A stretch of DNA of 64,000 bases from the human T2T-CHM13v2.0 reference genome, Homo sapiens, in the NCBI RefSeq assembly GCF_009914755.1, contig NC_060931.1. The stretch is one strand, 5' to 3'. Position 1 is the first letter of the stretch, and each line of letters starts with the position of its first letter. Made by a program: the position numbers and the translations under genes. Shown here piece after piece: positions 14,708-28,471 of this stretch. Below the pieces are notes generated by a model. That model was not told the DNA's origin and did no database searches. It saw nothing but the letters and a program-made list of their open reading frames with translations.

Positions 14708-15332
14708 ACGGCACTATCCAATAGAAACTGAATGCAAGCCACAGATGCAATTTTAAATTTTCTAGTGGCTGCATTAAAAACAGACAAAAGAAACAGGTAA
14801 AATTACTTCAATATTACACAGTCATCCCTTGGTATCCATGGGGGATCAGTTCTAGGACCTCCCTCAGAGACCAGAATCTGCGGATGCTCAAATTCCTCAT
14901 ATAAAGTGGAGTAGTATCTGCATATAACCTATGCACTCCTGCACACTTTAAATCATCTCTAGATTACTTATAATACTTAATACAGTGTCAATGTTATGGA
15001 AATAGTTGTGACACTATATGTGTAGGGACTGATGACAAGGAAAAAAAAGTCTGTACATGTTAAGTACAATGCATTTTTTTCCCAAATATTTTCGATCCTT
15101 GGTTGATTGAATCCATGGATGCGAAACCCACAAAGGGCCAACTACCACATTTCGCCTAATACATCCAAACCACTAACATTTCAACATTCACTCAACATTT
15201 TTAAAAAGTACTGAGATATTTTATATTCTCATTTCCATATGAAGTCTTTGAAATCTGGTATGTTTCTTACACTTACAACACATCTTGATTCAGACTGGCC
15301 ACGTTCCAAATGCCCAGTGAGCACATGGCTGG
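14708..15332 (+). mobile_element. MER33-like hAT element interrupted by a MER2 (Tigger) insertion at about 14818-15145
   Basis: MER33-like GCACTATCCAATAGAAAC...TTTTCTAGT and TCTTTGAAATCTGG...CACTTACAACACATC flank MER2-like CAGTCATCCCTTGGTATCCATGGGGGA...TGAATCCATGGATGCGAAACCC. Confidence 0.7.
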
Positions 15333-15559
15333 AAAGATCAGGGTCAGAGCTCCCTCCCAGCTGAAAGAGCACAGTCCTACCTCCCACAAACCACACATCT
15401 TAGCAAGTGACTGGATTGCCCATCAAATAGATTTTCATTATTTGGCTTTATTTTGACAGAGTGCATAAACATGGATCTTAAATAACCCTTCTTTGACTAC
15501 TTATTTAGTAACTAAAATATAATAAAAATAAGTGTTAACATTTAAAAAAATGAAAATAC

Positions 15560-15629
15560 CTCCAGTATTTTCCCTGAAGCCTTTTTCCAAGCTCTGAAAT
15601 AAATTTCTGCAATGTATACCATCAAAGAC
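15560..15629 (-). CDS. NCAPG2: NCAPG2 exon 8 (70 nt, SLMVYIAEIYFRAWKKASGKILE)
   Basis: Acceptor atatag|G, donor GAG|gtattt. Phase 2 to 0 matches the neighbouring exons. Confidence 0.95.
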
Positions 15630-16735
15630 CTATATAAAAAGATCAAAATAGTTTTAATGCAAATTTTAAGAATTATTCTTTCAACATGTATCATTTCAGC
15701 TACTCTCCAACCATAGTGAAGAAGAAACTCAGTTTAAACTAGTGCTTTGCAAATCATCTATAGAAATAGGTTATCTACCTGTAGCAAAAAGTAGAAAACG
15801 GAGAAGGTTTTGGGAAAGGAAACTGAAGTGACGAACTATTTCATCCTTCTCAGTCAAGGCTTACCCAAAACTTTACTATTTTCTGTGAAACTATGAGTGC
15901 ATAAGTCCAGAACAAAATTCTAAAGTCAAAAATATTTAAATATAAATAAATTGTCGACTTGGAGTCACGTTGGACTTTTCACGCTACCAATTCCTGAGGT
16001 ACAAGAAGCCCTAAAATACCAGTATCAACTTAAGAATCATAAGCTTAGAAATCTATTAGTTCAACTCAAATATTCTGAAGATGAGGAAATATGAAAAAGC
16101 AATCTAGTATACAACAGGAGCTTTGCAATCAGAGATCCAGAATCAGATCCCAACTTGGTACTTATACAGTTGCCTGACACTGGGAAATTTAGAAAGCAAA
16201 GCCTATCTCAAAAGAGAGTTGTGAGGATTAAATTTTAAAATGGAGACTAAGTACTCAGTGCTGGAGCAAATGAAGTACTCTGCCTTGTGCCTGGCAAACG
16301 ACAAGCACACACTTGACATCTCCATCACGCAGGGAGTGGCAGAGTCATGACTGCAACGTTCCCTGCTGCTCCTGCAGATTCCACAGGCTCTTCCGAGAAG
16401 CCACCCTGGCCAGGCCACGTTCAACCAAAAAGCACACATTGCATTCAAAGTACCATGGACATGGCTTTATTACGAGCGAGGCTAAGGTTCAACTGGAAAC
16501 TATTTTAACTATTTAAAGAACTACCACAAATTAAAACCTTAATTTCAGTGGTCAATACTGGAAAAGAATGATTTCCTATAAAAGGAAAAAGCTACCCAGT
16601 GATCCAATGGTACATAATAAATAACGTATTTCTAAAGCTTCTAATCCATTACTATAACTTAAGAAGTCAGACCAAATGGAATCTTTCAAAACCAGATTAA
16701 GACAGCACAAAATCTTCAGTACTTTTAACACTTAC

Positions 16736-16830
16736 TTTTGTAATCCCTGTAACTGGTTTTTAATGGTCCCGTGGATCATTTTGATGAAGTTGATATTCCA
16801 GTTGAAGAGACAACTAAGAAATCTTCTTCC
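16736..16830 (-). CDS. NCAPG2: NCAPG2 exon 7 (95 nt, GRRFLSCLFN...QGLQK)
   Basis: Acceptor ttctag|GGA, donor AA|gtaagt. Confidence 0.95.
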
Positions 16831-18479
16831 CTAGAAATAAAAAAGGATAGAATGTTTACATTGCAACCAAATAAAAAGTGCCAAATAACAAACAATTATT
16901 TGAACGTCTAGTAAGCTAAACATTGCTATTGCTAAAAACGAGGCACATGTAATTATCACTGAGAGCACATGCACGAGTTGAGCTGTCTGCGGGGCCTGCA
17001 CAGCCAGGAGCCACACAAGCCACCTCCCCCAGGGCCGAGCAGCCGCTACACTGAGCGCCTCTGTCCTCAAGGGCCACAGGTGCAGAGATGGAGACCACAG
17101 ACAGTAACCATGGGTCCATAAACATCTCATTCTGGCTCTGTCATGGATGGTTCCATAGTCTCAAATGAAAGAAAGCTTTAAATCTAGCATAGGTGGGTGG
17201 GAATGGAGTTGAATATCCCAGTTCATTTCACCTTCTCATTTATAGATGAGAAAACTGAGGACTCATATAGTTAAAAGGCTAAGTGTTTGTCAAGCTAGAA
17301 TTTCCAAATACACAGTCTTCAAGTCATAAATACATCATGTGATGATAATTTATATGCATGCTACTAGATTATGTATCTGAACCTAAGAAGAATGAATACA
17401 ATCTTCATACTCTATAGAGTGCATAAGATGCATCTATCTAGAACTCTCTCAGTGAATAGCACCTTCATCTCTTACCAGCACACCACTGCACAGAACTGGA
17501 ATCCTACAGAAATGCAATACATTTTGATTCAAATGCAGGGTAACCATGCTCACAACAGGCAAGTTAAAAAAAAAAACAGTAATATTCACTGGAAGTAATC
17601 TGTTAGTACAGTACAAGATGTTTATGGTTTACCCAGAATGACTGGAAACTGACCTGACCAAATTAATGATTGATTAGGAAACTACATTTAGATATCTTAA
17701 ATTCAAAGGAGACATCAATTTTTTAAAAAGGGTAGAGGTTATAACACATACATACATTTATGTCTGTTATATATCTGCACACATATATAAGTTAACAAGT
17801 ACGATTCATCAACTCCTTATGTATAAGTCAACATAAAATAGTTTATTGTTTGAATCCATCATTAATTTCTTCACTCTCCCATTTCAGAACAATCCTGGAG
17901 ACATGTGTGGGGCACAGGCTGTGTCCAACATCTTTGTAATAACGATGGTGCTGACACAGCAAGGATGGCAAAGGGCAGCCCTCCCCAGGGGTTCTTATCC
18001 ACCAGCGCCTGGGCTGCGGTTTGATACATATTACCTCATCTGTTCCTAACAACAATCCTGTGAAACAGTAACTGTTGCTCCTATTTTACAGAACAAAACT
18101 CTGAGGCTGAAAGGCCTGACCAAGGGCACCACCTATAAAGTGAACAAAGACCCTGGGAGCCAAAGGTCTCAGTCCTAATCACATGGCCCTTTGTCTAGCA
18201 GACTGCAGATGGCTCGCCGGGGTCCAGTTCTGTCTCTGCCGCTGAGCAGCTGTGACACCTGGAGGAAACTTATTCTGTACCTCAGAGCTGGTCCTCCTCT
18301 TCCTCTGAAGCCCTTCTCCACCTCCTTCAGGGAGGAGGGATGACTTCCTCCTTCTGCCTCAGAGATGTGCCTGCTGAGCCATGAGCATCCAAATGCAAAA
18401 GCTTGTTCTAGTCTCCCCTGGCACTGCCTGAGCATGTAGTCGACGCTCAGTAAACAACTGCAGAAGGCCCCTAACACAG

Positions 18480-18790
18480 AAGAACTATGCGAGCCTCTCT
18501 GTAATTCTCAATTCTTTAGTAGTCATGTTAACAAAAGTAAAGAAGATTAATTTTAATAATATATTTTATGTAAAGCAATATTTAATATAACAGACAATAA
18601 AAATATTGTCTATTATATTAAGTATAGAACAAAAATTATTAATGAGCTATTTTATGTTCATTTCTTTCCCACTAAATCTTCAAATCCATGTGTATTTTAT
18701 ACTTATGGCTAATCTCAGTTCAGTTGGGTCCCATTTCAGGTGCTCAGTAGCCTCATATGGGAGTTGACCCCAGGACGGGCAGTGCAGCAA
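18480..18790 (+). mobile_element. MER33-like hAT element
   Basis: CACTAAATCTTCAAATCC...ATACTTATGG...TCAGGTGCTCAGTAGCCTCATATG. Confidence 0.6.
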
Positions 18791-19206
18791 CAGGCCAGAA
18801 GCCTCTCTGGATTTACAGGATGGGTAGAAAAAAGAAAGGGAGGATATTATGGGATGACAGTTTTGAGTACATGGCAATTAAAATGGAATTAGGGCAGAAG
18901 GCCAGATCTCATTCATAGAGAAGTGCTTTCTCAACCTTATTTTTAATCATTCTTAATTTAAAATGTAATTACGGTTCCCCTAGGTAACACACAGCCACCT
19001 GTTACCATCCAATTTAATGATGAAATAAGCAAGGACTTGTAAAATGTCTTCTCTAGTACTGCCATGCAGTAAAAATCATGTGCAGTAAATAGCTCCTGGT
19101 AGCTAAGCAACACCGAGCATGGTGCAGACAGGAACCATGTGAACACAGGAGAAACATCTATTAAGAAGCAGCTCACAAACAGATCAAAAAACAAATACCT
19201 ATTTAC

Positions 19207-19341
19207 CTCTTCTTTCTTGATATAATTAATATTTATGAAGCACTCAAGTAACATATCTTTAATTTCTCCACTTTCCTCCAAATCATAATCAAAGCAATAT
19301 AAAGCTTGATGGATACGCCAAAGCCGACATACGTCTGCACC
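19207..19341 (-). CDS. NCAPG2: NCAPG2 exon 6 (135 nt, GADVCRLWRI...IKKEE)
   Basis: Acceptor tcctag|GGT, donor GAG|gtaaat, in frame. Confidence 0.96.
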
Positions 19342-19607
19342 CTAGGAATGACACAAAAAATGTGATACCTTTTTCAATGAACAGTAAAGTCATATTTCAA
19401 ATCAAGTATATTTTATATCATAAATAATGGTAATTCTAGTTGATTCATCAAAGATTAAAAAATAACGACAAATAAAAACAGATTTTAAAATTTGCAAATG
19501 CCCCCTATAGCTCTACAGAACATTTTTTTAAAACATAAGGAAAATAATTAAAAATCCAGCAAGTTTAAGAACTTCCTCGATGATGAAGATTTTATACATC
19601 TGAACTG

Positions 19608-19753
19608 TCTAGTGCAGTAGACATTAGCCACATTTCACTGTAGAGCTACTAAAATGTGACTAATGCAACTGAGGAACTGAATTTTTCATTATTTTTAACT
19701 TTAAATTTAAACAGCTTTCTGTGGCAAGTGGCTACTACGTTGAATAGCGCAGG
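19608..19753 (+). mobile_element. MER3-like hAT fragment
   Basis: AAATGTGACTAATGCAACTGAGGAACTGAATTTT...GTGGCTACTACGTTGAATAGCGCAG. Confidence 0.6.
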
Positions 19754-19757
19754 TTTA

Positions 19758-20153
<396 letters not shown>

Positions 20154-21410
20154 TTATTACTTCAGAGTCAACAGTTTAGAGTATCATGACTTTATATATT
20201 ATTTAAAGCTTTGCTAAGCAAATAATATTAGTTATGTTTAACTTGCCAAAGATTTATATACATTAGTTATAAAATGCAAATAATGTTAATTAAAAAACTG
20301 TTTGACGATTGTTATAAAAAGACCCTCAACAGACATAATAGAAAAGAGATTTTTGGAACTGGAAGTCTCAGAGAAATCGTATCACCAATTTTAGAAAGGC
20401 AGATGCTGAGGCTAACCAAACCTCAGTGTAACAACACCAATGGTATCTCTGTTAACACCAGAGCCAAGACAGGTCTACTGACCAATCAATAATCCACTAC
20501 TATCCCTCAATGTGCCAGCCTCAAATTTTGGCTCAGAGGTGAAAAACAGTCAAAGCAATTACCATAATGAATACAAAAACTGCAGTGCTTTTATTAACAG
20601 AAAAGCTCAATAATTAGATTAATGATACTAATGCTCATAATTATAATCTGTAGGTATCTGAATGTCATTACACTAATATAACATTCCTGAATTAACTGGG
20701 AAGTTGATAGCAACTACAGTGTTAGCACTAATCATTTCACTAGTTATTTGCAGACCATACAAATAAACTGATAGTAAAATTCACAAAGCATTTGGAAGCT
20801 ATTTTCATTATGATTGGGGTGACTTTTTAATAAGACACTGTATTTCAACTCAAGAATTCAGAATAAAACAATGTACTATAAAACATACATAAATCCAAGT
20901 GATGCTAAGAATAAGAAGCTTGATGAGATACTTTGTCACAACAAACTAATTACACTCGCACAGTGAAGGATGAGGGTATGTGAAAAGTTTTCTTAAAAAT
21001 CATTAAGATATTTTTACATCTTTTGTAACTAAAATTTTATATATTTCATAATCAAATATTTTCATTAACTTAGACTAAATTAATAACTAGTTTTACAGTT
21101 TTGTTAAAACTTGAAAAGTACCATCATTTAAATTTCAATACAGTAAAACTCCCCTAGGAGTCAATAATCACTCCTCAGATCACGTTCACAACATACTTTA
21201 AGAAAAAATTCAGTGTCACAAATTCTTAGTTAAGTTGACACTATCTAGCAATGGTAATCACATAATCAGGTATTTTCTTCTCAACAAGTTCTTGATCATT
21301 GGTCCAGTAAGTCAGACTTCCCTGAAAAACCTGTAAATAGCAGTTAGTTGCTGAGTACTGCCCATCTCACCATCTATAACATCTGAATGGAGCTTAAATT
21401 AAACTAATTA

Positions 21411-21530
21411 GGCCAGACACAATGGCTCATGCCTGTAATCCCAGCACTTTGCCAGGGCAAGGTGGGAGGATCACTTGAGCACAGGAGTTTGAGACCAGCC
21501 TGGGCAACACAGTTAGATCCTGTCTCTACC

Positions 21531-21562
<32 letters not shown>

Positions 21563-21705
21563 GCATGGGCCATGGTCCCAGCTACTAAGGAGGCTGAGGT
21601 GAGAGGATAGCTAGAGGCCAGGAGGTCAGGGCTACAGTGAGCTGGGTTCATGTCACTGCACTTCAGCATAGGCAACAGGGCGAGATTCTGTCTCTAAAAA
21701 AAAAT
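21411..21705 (+). mobile_element. Alu (AluJ-like) with a (AAAAC)n linker
   Basis: Alu dimer. Confidence 0.85.
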
Positions 21706-21870
21706 GATAAATATAAAATAAATAAGTATTCAGGACAACTCTTATGTAAGTATGCTCCTATTCTAGCTGAAGAAAAAGAACTTGACTGCAAAGCTATACC
21801 TTTATACAACTTCTGCTACTAAATTCAACAATGCTCATGAAAACAACTAGTTTCCTTTTACAAAGTATCA

Positions 21871-22165
<295 letters not shown>

Positions 22166-22229
22166 GAAACAAAAACAAGTATTTCAACACCCACTTCTAA
22201 ATATGCCATTTATAACAAAATCAACTCAC

Positions 22230-22344
22230 CATTTAATATAATAACACATTCCAGTAGGGCTTCGTAGTTCTCACTTTCATTTATTACAGACACAGAAGCA
22301 AGAATCACAGATGTAATTGCATAAATTATTTCTATGCTTTTTCT
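22230..22344 (-). CDS. NCAPG2: NCAPG2 exon 4 (115 nt, RKSIEIIYAI...VIILN-G)
   Basis: Acceptor ttatag|AGA, donor G|gtgagt. Confidence 0.96.
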
Positions 22345-22696
22345 CTATAAATGAAAAATCAAAGCATGAGTGAATTAAAATCATCAACTTAAAATCAGTT
22401 TTTAGCAGAAATTTCAGTTACAAATTTTCTAAAAATCAAGCCACAATTCTAGCTTATTCTAAAAAGAATTAAAGTTGAATAAAAGTAAATCATCCTAAAA
22501 GAACAGCAATATTTAGTATTAGATTAATAACAGTAGGGTTGAAAAGTGAATAAAACTACAACAGACTAAACTTCTAAAATTCTTGACTTCTAACTTCAAA
22601 ATCTGTCTTAATGTAAAATTCAATGATACACAGTGAAGTTATTTTTTGACAAAAAAAAGAGAAAAACGTTTCTTATTTTTGAAAAACAAATACTAC

Positions 22697-22885
22697 CATT
22701 TTTGAGCCATGTTCGGTTTCCATATTGTCTTCACCCTGGGCTTCCACTACCTGCCACCCATCCACTGGGCTTTCTAACAACACATCTGTCAATAAATTCT
22801 TCAGCCTTTGCCATAATTCTTCTTTCTGTTTCCTTGATAATTCATCTAGTAATTCATTTAGGCTGAAAGGATCAGAGGCCTCTTT
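22697..22885 (-). CDS. NCAPG2: NCAPG2 exon 3 (189 nt, KEASDPFSLN...HGSKM)
   Basis: Acceptor ttacag|AAA, donor ATG|gtagta. Confidence 0.96.
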
Positions 22886-25544
22886 CTGTAACATAAATAG
22901 CAAGTGTCACATTTCAAATACAAAAAATTAATCATATCCTTTTCATAATGTCATCAAAAGAAAAGTTAAGTGTTAACTTCATTACAAGTTCAAGAGTTTG
23001 GTTGCAGTATTCAAAATCCATTCCTAAAAGGGAAGAAGCACAGGGATTCTCCACCTATTCTTTCCTAGCATCCTAATCTTCAGAGTTTTTAAAATTTCAC
23101 CCACTTAGCAAAACCCTCCCTAAAAGGGACCCAAATGTCCACCATCTCCATACCTAGAATTAGATTACAAAAGTAGGCTAAAGTTCAATAACAATGGCAA
23201 TAATAATACTGTGGCCACAGATTCCAGCCCCAAGTGGGCCCTCAACACCACCTTCTACTCATTCCTCAATATCATTCTCTCCCACCAGCCAACAAGATGA
23301 TTTCAGATCTCCTCCAACAACCCTCTAAACCCATTTCCTCTTATCTGAGATGACCTCACGTACTCTTTGATGAAGCAAATAGCGGCCCTCATCAAAAGGG
23401 CATAGAATCCAATTAAAGGGACTCCCTATAGCCAAATTTGGAACAATGTGAGCACCAAAACAGTGACAGTGATTAATTATAACCAGTTGAATGAAATAAG
23501 CATAAACGAGGCCAAGCCAACCACTCTGGGAGAGAGGGCTGCAGTGAGCTGTGATTGTACCATTACACTCCAGCCTGGGCAACATAGCAAGAGCCCGTCT
23601 CTAAAAAGAAAAAATCAATGACAGCATACTGATAATAAATATCAAATCATTAATTAATAGCACCTGCATGCTCTAGAATGTCAGTGAATAAACATAGATG
23701 CAATACAGGGTTAGAAAATCACTGTTTTATAGCCATCACAATAATTATGGACTCTGGCAGGAATTATCGGGAGATGCTGAAACAAGTGGGTGGAAGCCTG
23801 GTGAGCAGCAGGACATTACAGTGTCACCACTTTCCCACAGAGGCAGGTTCCCAGAAGAGACCTGGCGGACACCTACCCACACAGGGACGGACAGACCATG
23901 CCATGCGCTTCCTGTCTTGACAGCGCCGAGGACCTAACACTGCTAAGCAGTTCCTGCCAAAATGCACACTAAAATTTAATCAGATCCTCAACAGATGCAA
24001 ATTGAAGGCTATACCACAAAAGAGCCACTTGCACTCTTCAAAACTGTCGGGGTCATAAAAAACACAGTAAGATGGAGGAACTAGAGTAAAGATAACCTCA
24101 TAAGCCCTCCATCCCCCCATCCTCTCTTCCTGCTCTCCTAGCTCCTCTCCTGCCCTGGTGTTTGTTTTCTCCTCTTCTTAGCGCTCCTTCATTTTTCATC
24201 TAGCTTTTTCCACCTCCGCTTGTTCACTTCTATCTACTCTCTTTCCTCGTTTCCTTGACCCTCCTCCCCTTCAATTCTCCTCTCCATTTTCCTTAAGCCT
24301 TTGCCTGTCAATCACATGCAAACACAGACCAGCTCTCAAATGTTTGACCTTAGACAGTATCTTGATCTACCTATAGACCCGACATTCAATCATGAACAAT
24401 TGAATAATTCTTTACGCCTCAATTATGCAGAAAAAATAAGTTAATGGCCCGCTTAAGTCCATTAATGGTAATTTTCCAGTATATCAATGGACAGTTTTGG
24501 TGCTGGGGTCATTCATCTGGGTGATGGACCACAGCTACTGTGTTCAAAGATCAAGAGGTTCTATTCAGGGCAAACTCTGGTGACTGAAGGTGACCAGAGA
24601 AATGACTGGGCTGATTCATGACGCTTACATCAGGAAATACTAGTTGACTGATGGTTAGGGCACAGAAACGAATCAGGACCCACCCTGCCCTGAGTAAGTT
24701 CACAGTCTAGGGGCAAGAATAACAACCTACAGATTGTTAAAATCTATTAGAGGTGTATGCTGAAGGATATAGCCTGAAGGAAAAGAAATAGCTGCCCATC
24801 CACCTATGTGACAAACTAGGATGGGCTGCTAACTCCTTCCTGAAAAATCAACCCTGAAGAAATGAGAGTGAGAGAGGTTCCAGTAACAAACTATAGCAAC
24901 AAAATGAGACACACACCCAGCTTCACTGAAGGCTGTTTGGAGCTGGGGATGTGAGAAATGAGTGGCTGTTGCCTAGGGCACTGAAGAGCTGGCTGGAAGG
25001 GCAAGGAAAGGATGGGGGACAAAAGCTGTTCAAATATCAAAATGTTCTACCTCTCCCCAGCATGGCCTTGGGGTGGTCATTGCCTGGCATTGCCACGACA
25101 TTAGCAGTGACGGCCCAGGCCTCTAGGGCCATAGGACACTGGGCAAAGGCAGGGCAACACAAAAGCCCAGCAGTTAGAAAGAACACGTGCAGACTAGCGA
25201 GCTGCCTGTGGGCATCCTTCCACAACCACCTCCAGCCCCCGGATGCAGAAGCTGTGCAGCCCTGTGCTGTACAGAGCGCACCAGGATGAGGGGCCGGTGG
25301 GGTGGACATCCTGCAGGGCCTCTCCTCCCTGTGTGAGTGCCCTGGCCACCTGTGCCCCAGCAAGGTGCCTTTTTGTAGTCTATATGCCCAGAGGGAGGTA
25401 TCCTCTTGTGACTGGCACAATGTGTATGAAGCAGGGGAAGTCTTGTTGCGTAGCAAAAAACTTGGTAGCATAAAGCAACAATTTTACTGTATCTCATGAA
25501 TCAGATGCTCACTCTTGGGGACACATGCCTGTGCTTAAGGTGGC

Positions 25545-25790
25545 AGCTGGGTGTTGGATGTCTGGCACTTTGGTGCCCACTAATGAGGTCTCCCTCTGCA
25601 GTCTCATCCTCCAGCCTTTGTGTGTGGTCTCTCTCTCCAGCAGAGGGTGATCCTGCACTTCTTACATGACAACCACGGGCTCCGAGAGGAAGTAGAAGCT
25701 GCCAAACTTTCTGAAGGCCACTTCCTCAATATTCCGTCCGTCAAAGCAGGCACAAGCCCAATCCAGATTCAAGAGGAGAGGACATAGGCT
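25545..25790. mobile_element. MLT1-like (MaLR) LTR fragment
   Basis: CTCTCCAGCAGAGG...CTTCTTACATG...GTCAAAGCAGGCACAAGCCCAATCCAGATTCAAG. Confidence 0.5.
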
Positions 25791-26707
25791 GCAGAGGGTT
25801 ATTTAACAGGATTATCCACAATGTTAAATTTCCTGATTTTGAGGATTTTAATGTGATTATATAACAGAATATCTTTTAGAAAAATACGAACTGAAATGTT
25901 TAGAGATAAAGAGGCACAATGCCTACAACTGACTCAAGTGATTCAAAAAAATGTAAATACAAAGGATGATAAAGAAAATGTGGCAAGTGGTAAAAACTGG
26001 CAAACCTGGACGTAGGGTATTCAGGATTCCTTTGAATTCCTCTTGCAACTTTTCTTTTAACTTAGCAGTTATTTCAACAGGAAAGAAATTACTTCTCCAC
26101 CCTAACCCTGCCACCCTCCTCCTCCTAAGTCCACACCCTTAGCTTCCCAAATGTGCCCTGCCTCAGGGGCTCGGCCTTTCCCATTCCTTTTGTCTAGAAT
26201 CTTCTTTTCCCAAATCTCTGCATGGCCCATTTGGATCTCTGATCAAATATAGTCAGGCAATGCATAGTGATATTTCAGTCAATGACAAACCACATATATG
26301 AGAGTGGTCCCATAAGATTATAATGGAGCTGAAAAATTCCTATCACCTAGTGATGTCATGGCTGTCAAAACATCATAGTGTAACAGATTAATCACATTTG
26401 TGGTAATGTTGGTGTAAACAAACCTACTTTTTATCATTGTTTTAGAGTATATTCCTTCTACATTTTTTTAAGTTAATTGTAAACTAGCCTTAGGCAGGTG
26501 CTTCAAGAGAAATTCCTGAAGGCAATGTTATCATAGGAGATGAGATGACAGCTGCATGTCTGTTATTGCCCCTGAAGACCTTCCACTGGGACAAGATGTT
26601 AAGGTGGAAGACAGTGATACTGATGATCCTGACTTGGTACAGGCCCAGGCTTATGGTATATTTGTGTCTTAGTTTTTAACAAAAAAGTTTAAAAAGTAAA
26701 AATAGAT

Positions 26708-27517
<810 letters not shown>

Positions 27518-28175
27518 GAAGAAAGATTTTTTGTAAAGCAAAATAAGTTTGTGTTTTAAGCTAAGTGTTATTATAAAGGATTTTAAAAGTTTATCAAGTA
27601 AAACAGTTACAGTAAGCTAAGGTTAATTTATTATTGAAGAAAAATGTTTTTATAAATTTACTGTAGCCCAAGTGTAATGTGTTTATAGTTTACAGTAGTG
27701 TACAATGACGTATTAGGCCTTCACATTTACTCACTACTCAGTTATTCACCCAGAACAACTTCCAGTTGTGCCAGCTCCAGCTACACTAAGTGCCCTATTC
27801 AGATGTACCATTTTTTATGTTTTATACTGTATTTTTACTGTACCTTTTCAATGTTTAGACACACACCATTGTGTTACAACACTGTGCCTACAGTATTCAG
27901 TACAGTAACATGCCACACAGGTTTGTAGCCTAGGACGGTAGACTGTACCATCTAGCCCAGGTGTGTACTGAGCTGCTCCATCTGGGTGTATGTAAGCACA
28001 CTTTAGGATGTTCACACAACAATGAAATGACCTAATGATGCATTTCTCAGAACCTATCCTCATCAAGAGTCATGTGACTGTACCAACTCTGTTCAAATAT
28101 CATCTCTGAGGTTTTCTTTAGCCACTCCATCGTTCCCAACTTCCACTTCCACTTGCTTTATCAGTAGTAGTAGTA

Positions 28176-28471
28176 TTTTTTTTTTTTTTTTGAGACAGGG
28201 TCTCACTTTGTCACCCAGGCTGGAGTGCAGTTGCACAATCATAGCTCACTGTAGCCTCAAACTCCTGGGCTCAAGTAATTCTACTGCCTCAGCCTCCCAA
28301 GTAGTTGGGACCACAGGCACAAGCCACTACACTAGGCCAATTTTTTAACATTACTGTAGAGACGGGGTCTTACTATGTTGCCCAGGCCAGTGTTATCCTG
28401 GCCTCAAACGATCCTCCTGCCTCAGCCTCCCAAAGCTCTGGAATTACAGAGGTGAGTCACTGTGCCCAGCC
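28176..28471 (-). mobile_element. Alu (AluJ-like)
   Basis: Reverse Alu. Confidence 0.85.
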